Assembly (NCBI GenBank): GCA_013177855.1
Contig: JABLYA010000001.1
Coordinates: 1,527,573-1,591,572, forward strand
Direction: 5' to 3'
From: Ignavibacteria bacterium
GTDB taxonomy: Bacteria > Bacteroidota > Ignavibacteria > Ch128b
DNA: 64,000 bases
A model generated the notes under the pieces. It did not search any database. It was not told where the DNA came from and saw only the letters and a program-made list of their open reading frames with translations. Positions 1-10,703 of the stretch are shown here, piece after piece; within the stretch, counting starts at the first letter, position 1, and each line of letters starts with the position of its first letter. The position numbers and the translations under genes were made by a program.

Positions 1-1
1 T

Positions 2-2236
2 CTTCAAGCGGGTGTAATTGACGGACATTTTCGTGGTGGTCGAGCAAACGATGTTGCATATCTTATTGATGGTGTGATGGTTACTGACCCATTCAATGGT
101 GGATTTAACATTGAGGTTGAAAACACTTCAATCCGTCAAATGGAAGTTATAACCGGTACATTTAATGCTGAGTATGGTCAGGCACTTTCAGGAGTTGTGA
201 ATATTGTTACTGAAGGTGGTTCAGATAAATTTAAAACAGATATAAGCGCTTACACTGGTAATTTCGTCACCACTCATACAGATATTTTTAGAAATTTAGA
301 TCGGGTTGACAGAATATCTCAAAAGAATTTACAAATCACCATTAGTGGACCTTTAAGGCCAATTAAAAATCTTTATTACTTTTTGACAGTCCGCTACTAC
401 GATGATATTGGTCATTTATATGGAAAAAGAGTTTATAATACCTGGGATGATGTTCCCTTTTATCCCGATCCATTAAATAAATCTATATGGATTCCTCGAA
501 ACACAGGCGATGGTGCCTATGTGCCGATGAATCCATTCACAAAGTATTCAGCAAATGGGAAGTTGACTTATGCTCTTCCATCAATTGTTCTTTCTTATTC
601 ATTCTTCTATGATAAAACCAGAAACAAATACTATGACCATTACTGGTCCTGGACACCCGACGGAATGATGACGCATTACGGAAATGATTGGATTCATAAT
701 TTTCAATTGACACATTATATCTCTTCAAACACAAGTCACAGTTTCAAATTCACATTTAATAATTACAACTTCAAAGGTTACTTGTACGAAGATGAATTTG
801 ATCCAAGATATGTTGATCCACGACAGGGAATTGCAATATCTGGTTATACTTTTCGATCTGGTGGTAATCAAGGTGGAAGATACACTCGATTCACAAGATC
901 TTACATTGCTCAATGGTCAATTTCTTCTCAGGTAAGCAAAGAGCATAAAATTGGTTCTGGCTTTGAATTGAGATATCATCACATTTATAATCATTACAAA
1001 GATTTAATTAATCTGACAGATGGAGTTGTAGATAGTCTTGGGAATAAAGTCTTTACTCCCGGATATCCTGATAAAGGAACAATTACTGACCGTGGTTCAC
1101 ATATCGAATACACAAGGTTTCCTTATGAAGCTTCGGCTTACATTCAGGACAAAATGGAATACGACATAATGATTATAAACGCCGGTGTGCGGTTTGATTA
1201 TTTCAATGCAAACGCGAAACTTCCTGCAGATAAAAGAAATCCAACTCGAAATCCAAACTTTCCTGGTTACAATGAATGGGTAAAAGCAAAACCGAAAATG
1301 CAGGTCAGTCCGAGACTTGGTGTTTCATTCCCAATCACTGATAAAGGAATCATAAGATTTTCGTATGGACATTTCTTCAAGATTCCGAATTTCGAAAATC
1401 TATATGCAAATCCAGAGTTTGTCGTCCAGCCAGGTAATTCTCTCAGCTCAATTATTGGCAATCCTGATTTAAATGCTGAAAAGAATGTGATTTATGAATT
1501 GGGTCTGCAACAGGTTTTAATGGAAGATCTTGCATTAAACGCTTCGCTTTACTACAGAGATATTCGTAACTGGCTCGGTATGGAGATCGTTAATACTTAT
1601 GAAGGTTTCAAATATGCTCGTTTCATTAATCGTGATTATGCAAATGTTAGAGGCTTGATTGTTACGCTTGATAAGAGATTTTCTAATTATTTCGGAGCTA
1701 AGTTAGATTACACATATCAAATTGCTGAAGGTAATGCTTCTGATCCTTATGCTGTCTACAATTACAATCAAACAAATCCGCCAATTGAAGAATCGAAAAC
1801 CGTTGTGCCTCTTGATTGGGATCAACGACATACTTTGAATCTAAGTATAACTGTAGGAATTCCTGGTGATTGGTCAGCAGGATTAATTTTCCAGTATGGT
1901 TCAGGAACTCCTTATACTGAAGATATCAAGATTTCCCGCGGTGTCCGATTTGAAAATGGCGGTAGAAAGCCAACATTTATTAATCTCGATTTAAGGGCGG
2001 ATAAATTTTTCAAAGTTTTTGGCGTCAATCTTTACACTTACGCTATTATTTATAATGTACTTGATATCAAAAACGAGGTTGGCGTTTATGCAACAACTGG
2101 AAGAGCAACTGCTGATTTAAATGTCAAATATGCTGGTGAAATTATTGGTTTGAATACCATCGATGAGTATATCAAAAATCCAGCAATGTATTCATCACCA
2201 AGACAAATTCGTCTTGGAATCGGATTCCAATTATAA
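2..2236 (+). CDS. TonB-dependent outer membrane receptor, 5' end truncated by window edge
   Basis: Frame is open from position 2 with no stop before the annotated Met at 74. N-terminal plug-like motifs (FRGGRANDVAYLIDGV, NIVTEGG); long beta-barrel-like region rich in Y/F/N/G. Confidence 0.7.
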   Translation, partial: LQAGVIDGHFRGGRANDVAYLIDGVMVTDPFNGGFNIEVENTSIRQMEVITGTFNAEYGQALSGVVNIVTEGGSDKFKTDISAYTGNFVTTHTDIFRNLDRVDRISQKNLQITISGPLRPIKNLYYFLTVRYYDDIGHLYGKRVYNTWDDVPFYPDPLNKSIWIPRNTGDGAYVPMNPFTKYSANGKLTYALPSIVLSYSFFYDKTRNKYYDHYWSWTPDGMMTHYGNDWIHNFQLTHYISSNTSHSFKFTFNNYNFKGYLYEDEFDPRYVDPRQGIAISGYTFRSGGNQGGRYTRFTRSYIAQWSISSQVSKEHKIGSGFELRYHHIYNHYKDLINLTDGVVDSLGNKVFTPGYPDKGTITDRGSHIEYTRFPYEASAYIQDKMEYDIMIINAGVRFDYFNANAKLPADKRNPTRNPNFPGYNEWVKAKPKMQVSPRLGVSFPITDKGIIRFSYGHFFKIPNFENLYANPEFVVQPGNSLSSIIGNPDLNAEKNVIYELGLQQVLMEDLALNASLYYRDIRNWLGMEIVNTYEGFKYARFINRDYANVRGLIVTLDKRFSNYFGAKLDYTYQIAEGNASDPYAVYNYNQTNPPIEESKTVVPLDWDQRHTLNLSITVGIPGDWSAGLIFQYGSGTPYTEDIKISRGVRFENGGRKPTFINLDLRADKFFKVFGVNLYTYAIIYNVLDIKNEVGVYATTGRATADLNVKYAGEIIGLNTIDEYIKNPAMYSSPRQIRLGIGFQL

Positions 2237-2252
2237 AATCGGGAGATGAAGA

Positions 2253-5200
2253 ATGATGCGGAAATTTGTTTTATTTATACTTTTAATTTTGGTTGAGTAT
2301 ACATTTTCACAGGTACCTTATCAAATTCAACTTTATCGTGATGAACCAAAAGGAAACATCCAGTATCGCCGTGAAGGCGTAATGGATGGTAATCAGATTA
2401 GAACATTGTTCTACAATAATGGTGAAGTTGGTCAGTGGCCCTATCAACCTTCTGGGGAATGGCCCAAAGGCAGTGGACATTCTTACCTTGATGGTGTTTG
2501 TGTATTAATTGCATCAGAAGTTACAGCACCAGGAACTGGACAAAAAATTCATCCATTAGAATCATCTTATCGTGAATGGATGGATAAAGATCCTGTAACT
2601 GGAGAAATCTGGGGACTTGAACCAGTCCCGGGTTATGTAAATCCTTCTTCAACAAAACCTGCAATAAACACAGATCCAAAATCCTGGCCACCGATTTGGC
2701 CTCGTGCTTTAAATCTAACCCCTGAATGGAATGGCTATTGGTATGGTTATTTCGGCCGCGGTGTGATGAATTCTGATTTTGAGACTTTCTTTGTTATGGA
2801 TGACTCGAGAGATAAGGAATTTACTCGTCCACCATATTTATATTTTCCAATTGCATCGGATTCGGATCGTGGTGGACTTGGACTTAGAGTTGAAGTTCGC
2901 GGTTTTCAATGGTCTCATGTTTTAGCTGAAGATATAATTTTCTGGCATTATGATATTGTAAATATTTCTGATTTTGATTATCCAACTACAGTTTTTGGTT
3001 TTTATACTGACTGTGGAGTTGGTGGAACTCAAGATTCAGGTGATGATTGTGCATCGTTCGATTTGAAACTCGACCTGGCTTACTGCTATGACAATGATGG
3101 CTTTGGTGTCCCTGATATGTGGAAAACAGGTATGTATGGTTATGCTTATCTGGAAAGTCCCGGAAATCCTTGGAATGGGATTGATGATGATGAAGACGGT
3201 ATGGTCGATGAGCGAAGAGATGATGGTATTGATAATGATGGTGATTGGATTCCATATTCTGATTTAAATGGAAACGGCAAATGGGATCGAGAAGAAAATG
3301 AACCGCTTAATGATGACCTTGGTAAAGATGGTGTGGGTCCTTGGGATAGACAGTACAATGGACCCGACGAAGGTGAAGGTGATGGGATTCCAACAGACGG
3401 TGAACCTCATTTTGACAAAACTGATAAAGATGAATCAGATCAGATTGGTTTAACTGCTGTTTCAATTTATAGACTTGGCGAAGGTGGAACTGGCGGCGGC
3501 TGGCCCAAAGATGATGAATCAATGTGGCTAAAAATGGTTGCCGGCACTTTTGATACCTCACTGCAAAGATCAAACATTTCAATGGTCTTCGCTTCTGGTC
3601 CATTCCCACTTTATAAAGGACTTAGAGAAAGATTCTCGATGGCTTTAGTTTTTGGTGAAGATTTAAATGACTTAGTATTCAACAAAGAAACTGTACAACA
3701 GATTTACAATGCAAATTATAATTTCTCTAAACCACCACTTAAACCAAAACTGACAGCCGTACCTGGTGATGGTAAAGTATTTCTTTACTGGGATAATGTC
3801 GCCGAAGAATCCCGGGATCCATTCTTAGGTTATGAAGATAATGATCCAAGAAAAGGATATAAAAAAGATTTCGAAGGTTATTTAATTTATCGAAGTCAAG
3901 AACCAGAATTCAACGATATCAAAGTTATTACTGACTCTCGCGGATTGCCAAGATACTGGAAACCAATTGCCCAGTTCGATAAGATTGATGGAATAAAAGG
4001 ACCGGATCCAGTTGGAATTAATGGAGCTCATTTCTGGCGTGGTGATGATACTGGTTTACAATATTCTTATGTAGATACTGATGTTAAAAACGGCGTTACA
4101 TATTATTATGCCTGCGTCTCTTATGATATGGGTGATCCAAATTATGGAACAACTGGACTGCAACCTAGTGAATGCACTAAAATTATAACTGTTGATTATG
4201 CCGGTAATGTTCAATTCGTCGATATCAATTGTGCTGTTGTAACTCCAAATGCACCTGTTGCGGGTTATGTGCCTCCGCAAATTTTAGGTGATACTAAACA
4301 AGTTACCGAAGGAGTTGGTACTGGATTTTTACAATTTCATGTTTTCGATCCTAGAGTAGTTGAAGATGGAACCAAATACGAATTTATATTCAAATCAACC
4401 AATGATTATCCACTTTACAAAACTCTGAAATATGAAATTGTTCGAACTAAAGGCAGTGATGTAGATACAATTCTTACTGTTGATTCATCATATATTGGTG
4501 CTGATAAAGTTAGTCCACCATTCGATGGGTTAGCAGTTACAGTAATAAATGATACGGCAGTCACAATCATTGATTCTCTAACCGGCTGGCTTGTCGGAAA
4601 AAGTAATCTTGTTATGAATGTTTTCCCCGATCAAACACCAATTCGTGGTGTTCCCTGGCCCGCTGATTATGAAATTACATTTTACGATGGACCAGCTGAT
4701 ACCTGTTACATTTCTTCACCACCGCTTTACAGGAGATTCCCTGTAAACTTCAAAGTATGGAATAAAACAGAACAAAAATATTGTAAGATAGCAGTTCAGG
4801 ATAGAGATCAATCTCAATCTCTTTCTCTTGGTGATGTGATTCAAATTCTTGAGTTCAAAGATAAAGTCATCACACCTGCAAATATTCGTTTTGCCTGGAA
4901 TATAACTTACAATTCTCCGTTTAATCCAAATGTTCAACCAGAATATCCGAAAGATGGAGATAAATTTATTATAACCACAAGGAAACCATTTAAAACTGGA
5001 GATAAATTCATAGTTACAACTAAAGCAGCTGCCACAGATAATGCGCTGGCGAAATCTCAACTTTCAAAAATTGATGTAGTGCCGAATCCTTATTTAGGTG
5101 CCGCTGCTTGGGAGAAGAGGAATCTTAATACAACCGGTCGTGGTGAACGAAAAATTGATTTTATAAACCTTCCGAATAAATGCACAATTAGAATCTATAC

Positions 5201-5375
5201 ACTTTCAGGACAGCTGATTAAAACTATCTATAAAGATTCGGGTTATCTCGATGGTACTGTCTCCTGGAATTTAATAACTGATGACGGAATGGAAGCAGCC
5301 TACGGTGTCTATGTTTATCATGTTGAAGCTCCCGGCATTGGAGAATACATCGGCAAATTTGCATTAATCAAATAG
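2253..5375 (+). CDS. Large secreted Asp-rich (thrombospondin type 3-like, Ca-binding) repeat protein with T9SS-type C-terminal domain
   Basis: Signal peptide MMRKFVLFILLILVEYTFSQ; D-rich repeats (DNDGDWIPYSDLNGNGKWD, DDLGKDGVGPWD); FN3-like segment (PGDGKVFLYWDN...YLIYRS); C-terminus ...GVYVYHVEAPGIGEYIGKFALIK. Confidence 0.5.
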   Translation: MMRKFVLFILLILVEYTFSQVPYQIQLYRDEPKGNIQYRREGVMDGNQIRTLFYNNGEVGQWPYQPSGEWPKGSGHSYLDGVCVLIASEVTAPGTGQKIHPLESSYREWMDKDPVTGEIWGLEPVPGYVNPSSTKPAINTDPKSWPPIWPRALNLTPEWNGYWYGYFGRGVMNSDFETFFVMDDSRDKEFTRPPYLYFPIASDSDRGGLGLRVEVRGFQWSHVLAEDIIFWHYDIVNISDFDYPTTVFGFYTDCGVGGTQDSGDDCASFDLKLDLAYCYDNDGFGVPDMWKTGMYGYAYLESPGNPWNGIDDDEDGMVDERRDDGIDNDGDWIPYSDLNGNGKWDREENEPLNDDLGKDGVGPWDRQYNGPDEGEGDGIPTDGEPHFDKTDKDESDQIGLTAVSIYRLGEGGTGGGWPKDDESMWLKMVAGTFDTSLQRSNISMVFASGPFPLYKGLRERFSMALVFGEDLNDLVFNKETVQQIYNANYNFSKPPLKPKLTAVPGDGKVFLYWDNVAEESRDPFLGYEDNDPRKGYKKDFEGYLIYRSQEPEFNDIKVITDSRGLPRYWKPIAQFDKIDGIKGPDPVGINGAHFWRGDDTGLQYSYVDTDVKNGVTYYYACVSYDMGDPNYGTTGLQPSECTKIITVDYAGNVQFVDINCAVVTPNAPVAGYVPPQILGDTKQVTEGVGTGFLQFHVFDPRVVEDGTKYEFIFKSTNDYPLYKTLKYEIVRTKGSDVDTILTVDSSYIGADKVSPPFDGLAVTVINDTAVTIIDSLTGWLVGKSNLVMNVFPDQTPIRGVPWPADYEITFYDGPADTCYISSPPLYRRFPVNFKVWNKTEQKYCKIAVQDRDQSQSLSLGDVIQILEFKDKVITPANIRFAWNITYNSPFNPNVQPEYPKDGDKFIITTRKPFKTGDKFIVTTKAAATDNALAKSQLSKIDVVPNPYLGAAAWEKRNLNTTGRGERKIDFINLPNKCTIRIYTLSGQLIKTIYKDSGYLDGTVSWNLITDDGMEAAYGVYVYHVEAPGIGEYIGKFALIK

Positions 5376-5382
5376 CGGAGAG

Positions 5383-6420
5383 ATGAAAATGATGAAAAAG
5401 ATTTTTTACTCAGCTTTGATTTTTGTTATGATATTAAATTATGCTTTTGCACAGACATTCAAAACAAATGTTTCAAAGAGAGGAACTACTGCCGCACCTT
5501 TCCTCTCAATTGGTCAGAGTGCAAGAGCAATTGGTATGGGTTCAGCTTTCGTCGGTGCCGTAAATGATGTGAGCGCAATTTACTGGAATCCTGCTGGACT
5601 AACTAAAGCACAGGGCGGACAAATTCTAGTCGATTACACAAACTGGATTGCCGGCACCAAATACAATTTCCTCGCTGTGAGTTATAATATTGGTGATTAT
5701 GGAACAGTTGGTGTTAGTTTTACAGGTTCTAATATTGGTGATATGAAAGTCACAACGATTGAAGAACCTTGGGGAACTGGTGAGGTCTTCTCCGCTACCG
5801 ATATGGCAATCAGTCTTGCTTATGCTTTGCAATTAACAGATAGATTTTCCATTGGGTTCAATCCTAAATTTGTCTATCAGGGAATCTGGAAAATGAGTGC
5901 AAGTGCTTTTGCAATTGATATGGGTGTTCAATATGTAACTCCATTTGATGATGCAATTCTTGCAATGTCAATTTCAAATTTTGGAACGACAATGCAGCTT
6001 CTTGGCCAGTCGAATCTTGTTTTGTATGATCCAGATCCTTACACAACTGGTAATAACGGCAAAATTCCAGCTTATCTCGAAACAAAAACTTACGATTTGC
6101 CGCTGACATTTAGAGTTGGTGTTGCATATAATCCAATTAGATCTGCAAATCACAGATTGACTTTTGCATTCGATGCTTTGCATCCAAGTGATGACTATGA
6201 AAGTGTCAATGTTGGTTTCGAATATGGATTTCAAGATTTTCTTTTCATTCGTGGTGGATACAAATCTTTATTCCTTGATGACTCAGAAGAATCATTTGCG
6301 CTTGGATTTGGTTTGAAACAAAACCTTATGGGTAATGTAGCTGTTAAAGTTGATTACGCTTATCAAGATTTTGGAAGATTGAACAACATTCAAAAATTTA
6401 CTCTTACTGTTTGTTTCTGA
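5383..6420 (+). CDS. Outer membrane beta-barrel protein, PorV/PorQ-like (possible T9SS shuttle protein)
   Basis: Signal peptide; motif ARAIGMGSAFVGAVNDVSAIYWNPAGL near N-terminus; C-terminal aromatic residue (ends ...TVCF); TGA stop. Confidence 0.5.
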   Translation: MKMMKKIFYSALIFVMILNYAFAQTFKTNVSKRGTTAAPFLSIGQSARAIGMGSAFVGAVNDVSAIYWNPAGLTKAQGGQILVDYTNWIAGTKYNFLAVSYNIGDYGTVGVSFTGSNIGDMKVTTIEEPWGTGEVFSATDMAISLAYALQLTDRFSIGFNPKFVYQGIWKMSASAFAIDMGVQYVTPFDDAILAMSISNFGTTMQLLGQSNLVLYDPDPYTTGNNGKIPAYLETKTYDLPLTFRVGVAYNPIRSANHRLTFAFDALHPSDDYESVNVGFEYGFQDFLFIRGGYKSLFLDDSEESFALGFGLKQNLMGNVAVKVDYAYQDFGRLNNIQKFTLTVCF

Positions 6421-6433
6421 TAGACGCTCTCCT

Positions 6434-6472
6434 CCCGGATTCTGTTTCGACGGAATCCGGGACTGAATTTTT
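6434..6472 (+). terminator. Candidate rho-independent terminator after PorV-like gene
   Basis: Inverted repeat cccggattc / gaatccggg followed a few nt later by a T-run (aatttttt). Confidence 0.45.
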
Positions 6473-6484
6473 TAAGGACTGCCT

Positions 6485-8290
6485 ATGAAAAGAAAAATTT
6501 TACTTCTTGTATTCTTAATAATCCCAATATTTCAACTCCATTCTAAAGATTTTAAAGGAGCTGAATTTAGGACAAAACAATCTTTCCTTTACGGAAGATT
6601 TGAAGTTCGAATGAAATCGGCGTTCCGGGAAGGAATGCTTTCTTCTTTTTTTACATATCATGAATTTTCTGGCGGGATTGAAAACTGGAACGAAATTGAT
6701 ATCGAAATTCTTGGACGATATCCAAACGATATTCAATTCAATACAATCACATCAGGTCAGACCAATCATGTTAGTCATTATCCTTTGCCTTTTTCTCCAC
6801 ACGAAGATTTTCATGTTTACGCTTTTGAATGGACACCAACTTATGTTGCCTGGTTTGTTGATGGAGTTGAAGTTTATCGCCAGACAGGAGATCACATCTC
6901 AACATTAAACAAACCACAGAAGTTAATGATGAACATCTGGAATCCAGAAGCAACAAACTGGGCTGGTCAATTTGATCCAGATGCACTTCCGGCTTTCGCT
7001 TATTATGATTGGGTGAAATATTATTTGTATACTCCCGGCTCCGGAAATTATGGAACTGGGAATAATTTCACTTTATCATGGTCAGATGATTTTAATTACT
7101 GGAATACATCACGATGGGATAAAGCGACTCACACCTGGGTTGGAAATGGATGTGATTTCATCCCTGAGAATACTGTGATTAGAGATGGTTATTTGATTCT
7201 CTGCTTGACAAATAGTGTAAATATTGGATATACCGATGCGAAAGGTCCCGTTCTTTATTCTGCTAAAGTTCACAACGGAAAAATTCTCGTTAATTTCTCT
7301 GAAGAACTTGATGAAGTTTCAAGTCAAAATAAATCAAACTATATAATTTATGGTGTGACAATCGACTCGGCAAAATTACTTTCCGATAAAAAGACAGTCG
7401 AACTTACAGTCTCTGGTTGGGATTTTATCTCACCAAAAACACTTGTTGTTATGAATGTGAAAGATGATTGGAATCCTGCAAATACAATGAGTCCAAAAGC
7501 CGTTAGTATAGTAACGCAAACTCAATTCAATTTTCCTCTAAAAATTAATTGCGGCGGACCTGCTGCACTTGGTTATTTGCCTGAAAAATCCTGGACATTG
7601 ACTTCGGATTACGGTTCAATAGACGGCGGTAATTCAACTTATTCGTTTAACATTAACAATACAGATGAAGATGAAATTTATCAGTCTGAAAAATGGGGGA
7701 TGACAACTTATCGGGTTCGTCTTCCTAATGGCGTTTACAATGTTAAATTAATGTTTGCAGAAAATTATCATAATCAAGCCGGAAAAAGAGTTTTTGATGT
7801 CTGGATTGAACAGGATAGGATATTACAAAATTTTGATATTTATGCCTTAGTGGGAAGAAATACTGCTTATGTAAAAGAAGTTAATAATGTTCAGATTAAT
7901 GATGGTTATCTGGATATTTATTTTGTAACTCATAAAGATAATCCAATGATAAATGGAATAGTCATAGAATTAATATCACTTGGAGTAGATGAATCGGAGC
8001 TTCTACCAGAAAAAAATTTTATGCTTCATCAAAACTCTCCAAATCCTTTCAACGGAATGACAACAATCTCTTATAACATTTACAAACCTGATTATTACTC
8101 TTTTAAGCTTTACACTCTTCTTGGTAAACAAATTATTAAGAAAGATCTCGGTTATTTAACAGAAGGGAGTTACTCTCTTCATCTAAATTTTAATGAGATA
8201 AAAAATTTTACTCCTGCTTCTGGAGTTTACTTTTATGTTTTGCAAAACAGCAATTCACAGCAAACTAAAAAAATGATGTTCCTGAACTAA
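6485..8290 (+). CDS. Glycoside hydrolase family 16 beta-glucanase (laminarinase-like) with malectin-like domain and T9SS C-terminal domain
   Basis: GH16 catalytic signature NEIDIEILG; malectin-like stretch (YRVRLPNGVYNVKLMFAENYH...KRVFDVWIEQ); CTD LHQNSPNPFNGMTTISYNI. Confidence 0.8.
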   Translation: MKRKILLLVFLIIPIFQLHSKDFKGAEFRTKQSFLYGRFEVRMKSAFREGMLSSFFTYHEFSGGIENWNEIDIEILGRYPNDIQFNTITSGQTNHVSHYPLPFSPHEDFHVYAFEWTPTYVAWFVDGVEVYRQTGDHISTLNKPQKLMMNIWNPEATNWAGQFDPDALPAFAYYDWVKYYLYTPGSGNYGTGNNFTLSWSDDFNYWNTSRWDKATHTWVGNGCDFIPENTVIRDGYLILCLTNSVNIGYTDAKGPVLYSAKVHNGKILVNFSEELDEVSSQNKSNYIIYGVTIDSAKLLSDKKTVELTVSGWDFISPKTLVVMNVKDDWNPANTMSPKAVSIVTQTQFNFPLKINCGGPAALGYLPEKSWTLTSDYGSIDGGNSTYSFNINNTDEDEIYQSEKWGMTTYRVRLPNGVYNVKLMFAENYHNQAGKRVFDVWIEQDRILQNFDIYALVGRNTAYVKEVNNVQINDGYLDIYFVTHKDNPMINGIVIELISLGVDESELLPEKNFMLHQNSPNPFNGMTTISYNIYKPDYYSFKLYTLLGKQIIKKDLGYLTEGSYSLHLNFNEIKNFTPASGVYFYVLQNSNSQQTKKMMFLN

Positions 8291-8297
8291 ATCAAAT

Positions 8298-10544
8298 ATG
8301 GGTGTTCAAATGCAGCAAACATTTTTAATTTTTTCAATCTTTGTTTTAGTAATTACATCTCAACTTTTTTCTCAACAGTCAAAATCAATCGATGAGAAAG
8401 TACAGGAATTGCTCTCAAAAATGACAGTTGAAGAAAAAGTTGGTCAAATGACTCAAGTTACGCTCGAGGTTGTTTCTAAAAAACAGGGAACAAAAACTCA
8501 AAAGCACGAACTTGATGAAAAGAAATTAGAAGAAGCAATTGTTAGATATCATGTCGGTTCAATTCTAAATGTCTATGATGTTGCTCATTCAATCGATTAC
8601 TGGCATGAAGTAATTACAAAAATTCAGGACATTGCAACAAAAAAAACGAGGCTCGGAATTCCAGTTATTTATGGCATAGATGCAATTCACGGAGCTACTT
8701 ACACAAAAAACTCAACGCTCTTTCCTCAGGCTTTAGCTGTGGCGTCAACTTTTAACAGAAATATTGCTGAAAGAATTGGTGAGATTACTTCACTAGAAAC
8801 TCGAGCAAGTGGAATTCCCTGGAATTTTTATCCTGTGATGGATCTTGGAAGACAGCCTTTGTGGCCAAGACTGTGGGAAACATTTGGTGAAGATGTATAT
8901 CTTGCTCAGCAGCTTGGAATGGCTTACATTAAAGGTGCTCAGGGGAATGATGTCAGCCGTGCTGATAAACTCGCAACTTGCCTTAAACATTATGTCGGTT
9001 ACAGTTTCCCTTTCAATGGTTTTGATAGAACTCCAGCTTATATGTCCGAAAGAACTTTGCGGGAATATTTTCTGCCGCCTTTCGAAGCAGGAATAAAAGC
9101 CGGGGCAAAAACTATTATGGTCAATTCAGGTGAAGTAGATGGAATTCCCGGTCATGCGAATTATCATCTGCTCACAGAAATTCTTCGTGGTGAATTAAAA
9201 TTTGATGGATTTGTTGTCTCTGATTGGGAAGATATTATACGTCTTCATACAAGAGATAGGGTTGCATCATCACCAAAGGAAGCAGTTAAGATAGCTGTGA
9301 TGGCAGGCGTTGATATGAGTATGGTTCCGTATAATTTTAGTTTTTATGATTTACTTCTTGAGCTTGTAAAAGAAGGCTCTGTTCCAATGTGGAGAATTGA
9401 TGAAGCAGTGAGCAGAATCTTGAAAGTTAAATTTGAACTTGGTTTGTTTGAAAATCCATATCCGAAAAAAGATTACTTAGAAAAATTTGCAAGTTCCGAA
9501 CATACTCAGGCTAATCTGGAAGCAGCAAGAGAATCAATTATTCTTGCAAAGAATGATAACAACATTCTTCCATTAAAAAAGAATAAAAAAGTTTTTGTTA
9601 CAGGACCAACTGCAAATAAACTTTCGGTCTTAAATGGCGGCTGGACAATTACCTGGCAAGGAAATGAAGAAGAACTTTATCCTCAGGAGAAAAACTCAAT
9701 ATTAGAAGCAGTAATCGAAAAAGTAGGGAAGAAAAATGTTTTGTTTGAGGAAGGATGTTCTTTTGATAAAGAATTAAATTCAAACTCAGCAATTCAAAAA
9801 GCAAAACAATCTGATGTAATAATTCTTTGTCTCGGTGAACCAGCTTATTGTGAAACTCCTGGCAATATAAACGATCTCACACTTCCAGAAGCACAGTTGA
9901 ATTATGCCAAAAAATTAATTGCGACTGGTAAACCAGTAATTCTTGTAATCGTTGAGGGCCGCCCAAGATTAATTACAAAAATTTTCAATGACGTGAAAGG
10001 CGCTTTAATTGCTTTTCTGCCGGGTATGGAAGGAGGGAATGCAATCGCTGATGTATTGTTTGGCGATGTAAATCCAAGCGGAAAGCTGCCAATCTCTTAT
10101 CCCAAATATCCAAACGCAATTGTTCATTACGATTATAAACCAATTGAAAATTCTGCTGAGAATAAATATGACCCACTCCTTCCTTTTGGATTTGGTTTGA
10201 GTTATACAAAATTCTCTTACTCAAATTTAAGATTAAACAAAAATGAAATAACTGAAGATGATGAGTTGCTTGTTTCGGTTGATGTGAAAAACGAAGGTTC
10301 AATAAAAGGGAAAGAAGCAGTTTTGATGTACATTACAGATGTTTATGGTCAAGTTAGCCGCCCCAATAAACAATTAAAAGGTTTCGAAAAGATTGAACTT
10401 AATCCTGGCGAGACAAAAACGGTTACTTTCAAGATAAACAAAGATCATCTTTCATTTATTGGAATAAATAACAAAAGAATTATTGAGCCCGGTGAGTTTA
10501 TTGTAACAATTGGTGATCTGCAATCAAAATTTTATTTGAAATAA
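8298..10544 (+). CDS. bglX: Glycoside hydrolase family 3 beta-glucosidase
   Basis: GH3 motifs KHYVGYS and GFVVSDWEDI (nucleophile Asp); signal peptide; about 750 aa as expected for BglX-type enzymes. Confidence 0.8.
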   Translation: MGVQMQQTFLIFSIFVLVITSQLFSQQSKSIDEKVQELLSKMTVEEKVGQMTQVTLEVVSKKQGTKTQKHELDEKKLEEAIVRYHVGSILNVYDVAHSIDYWHEVITKIQDIATKKTRLGIPVIYGIDAIHGATYTKNSTLFPQALAVASTFNRNIAERIGEITSLETRASGIPWNFYPVMDLGRQPLWPRLWETFGEDVYLAQQLGMAYIKGAQGNDVSRADKLATCLKHYVGYSFPFNGFDRTPAYMSERTLREYFLPPFEAGIKAGAKTIMVNSGEVDGIPGHANYHLLTEILRGELKFDGFVVSDWEDIIRLHTRDRVASSPKEAVKIAVMAGVDMSMVPYNFSFYDLLLELVKEGSVPMWRIDEAVSRILKVKFELGLFENPYPKKDYLEKFASSEHTQANLEAARESIILAKNDNNILPLKKNKKVFVTGPTANKLSVLNGGWTITWQGNEEELYPQEKNSILEAVIEKVGKKNVLFEEGCSFDKELNSNSAIQKAKQSDVIILCLGEPAYCETPGNINDLTLPEAQLNYAKKLIATGKPVILVIVEGRPRLITKIFNDVKGALIAFLPGMEGGNAIADVLFGDVNPSGKLPISYPKYPNAIVHYDYKPIENSAENKYDPLLPFGFGLSYTKFSYSNLRLNKNEITEDDELLVSVDVKNEGSIKGKEAVLMYITDVYGQVSRPNKQLKGFEKIELNPGETKTVTFKINKDHLSFIGINNKRIIEPGEFIVTIGDLQSKFYLK

Positions 10545-10601
10545 AAATTTATTTTGAGCTTGTCGAAGGATGACTTTAACGAAAATGTTTTTAATTCTAT
10601 C

Positions 10602-10634
10602 GCTGTCATACTTCGATGAACTCAGTATGACAGC
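10602..10634. repeat. Palindromic hairpin repeat unit (conserved-loop hairpin family) in GH3-GH5 intergenic region
   Basis: gctgtcatacttcgatgaactcagtatgacagc: 11-bp arms around the CTGAG/CGAAG-type loop in reverse orientation; same unit recurs near 39.68 kb and 48.9 kb; partial unit gagcttgtcgaaggatgac at 10553-10571. Confidence 0.6.
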
Positions 10635-10703
10635 ATAAATTGTCATTCTGAATCTTGATTAAATTAATAACTTCGAACGCTAATAAAAATTTGAGAGGAA
10701 AAA

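Noticed and set aside
2986-3609. His/Ser-rich ORFs on the minus strand (89, 70 and 100 aa) and a 61-aa plus-strand ORF
   Set aside because: Antisense or alternate-frame artefacts of the Asp/Gly-rich repeat region inside the 1040-aa gene.
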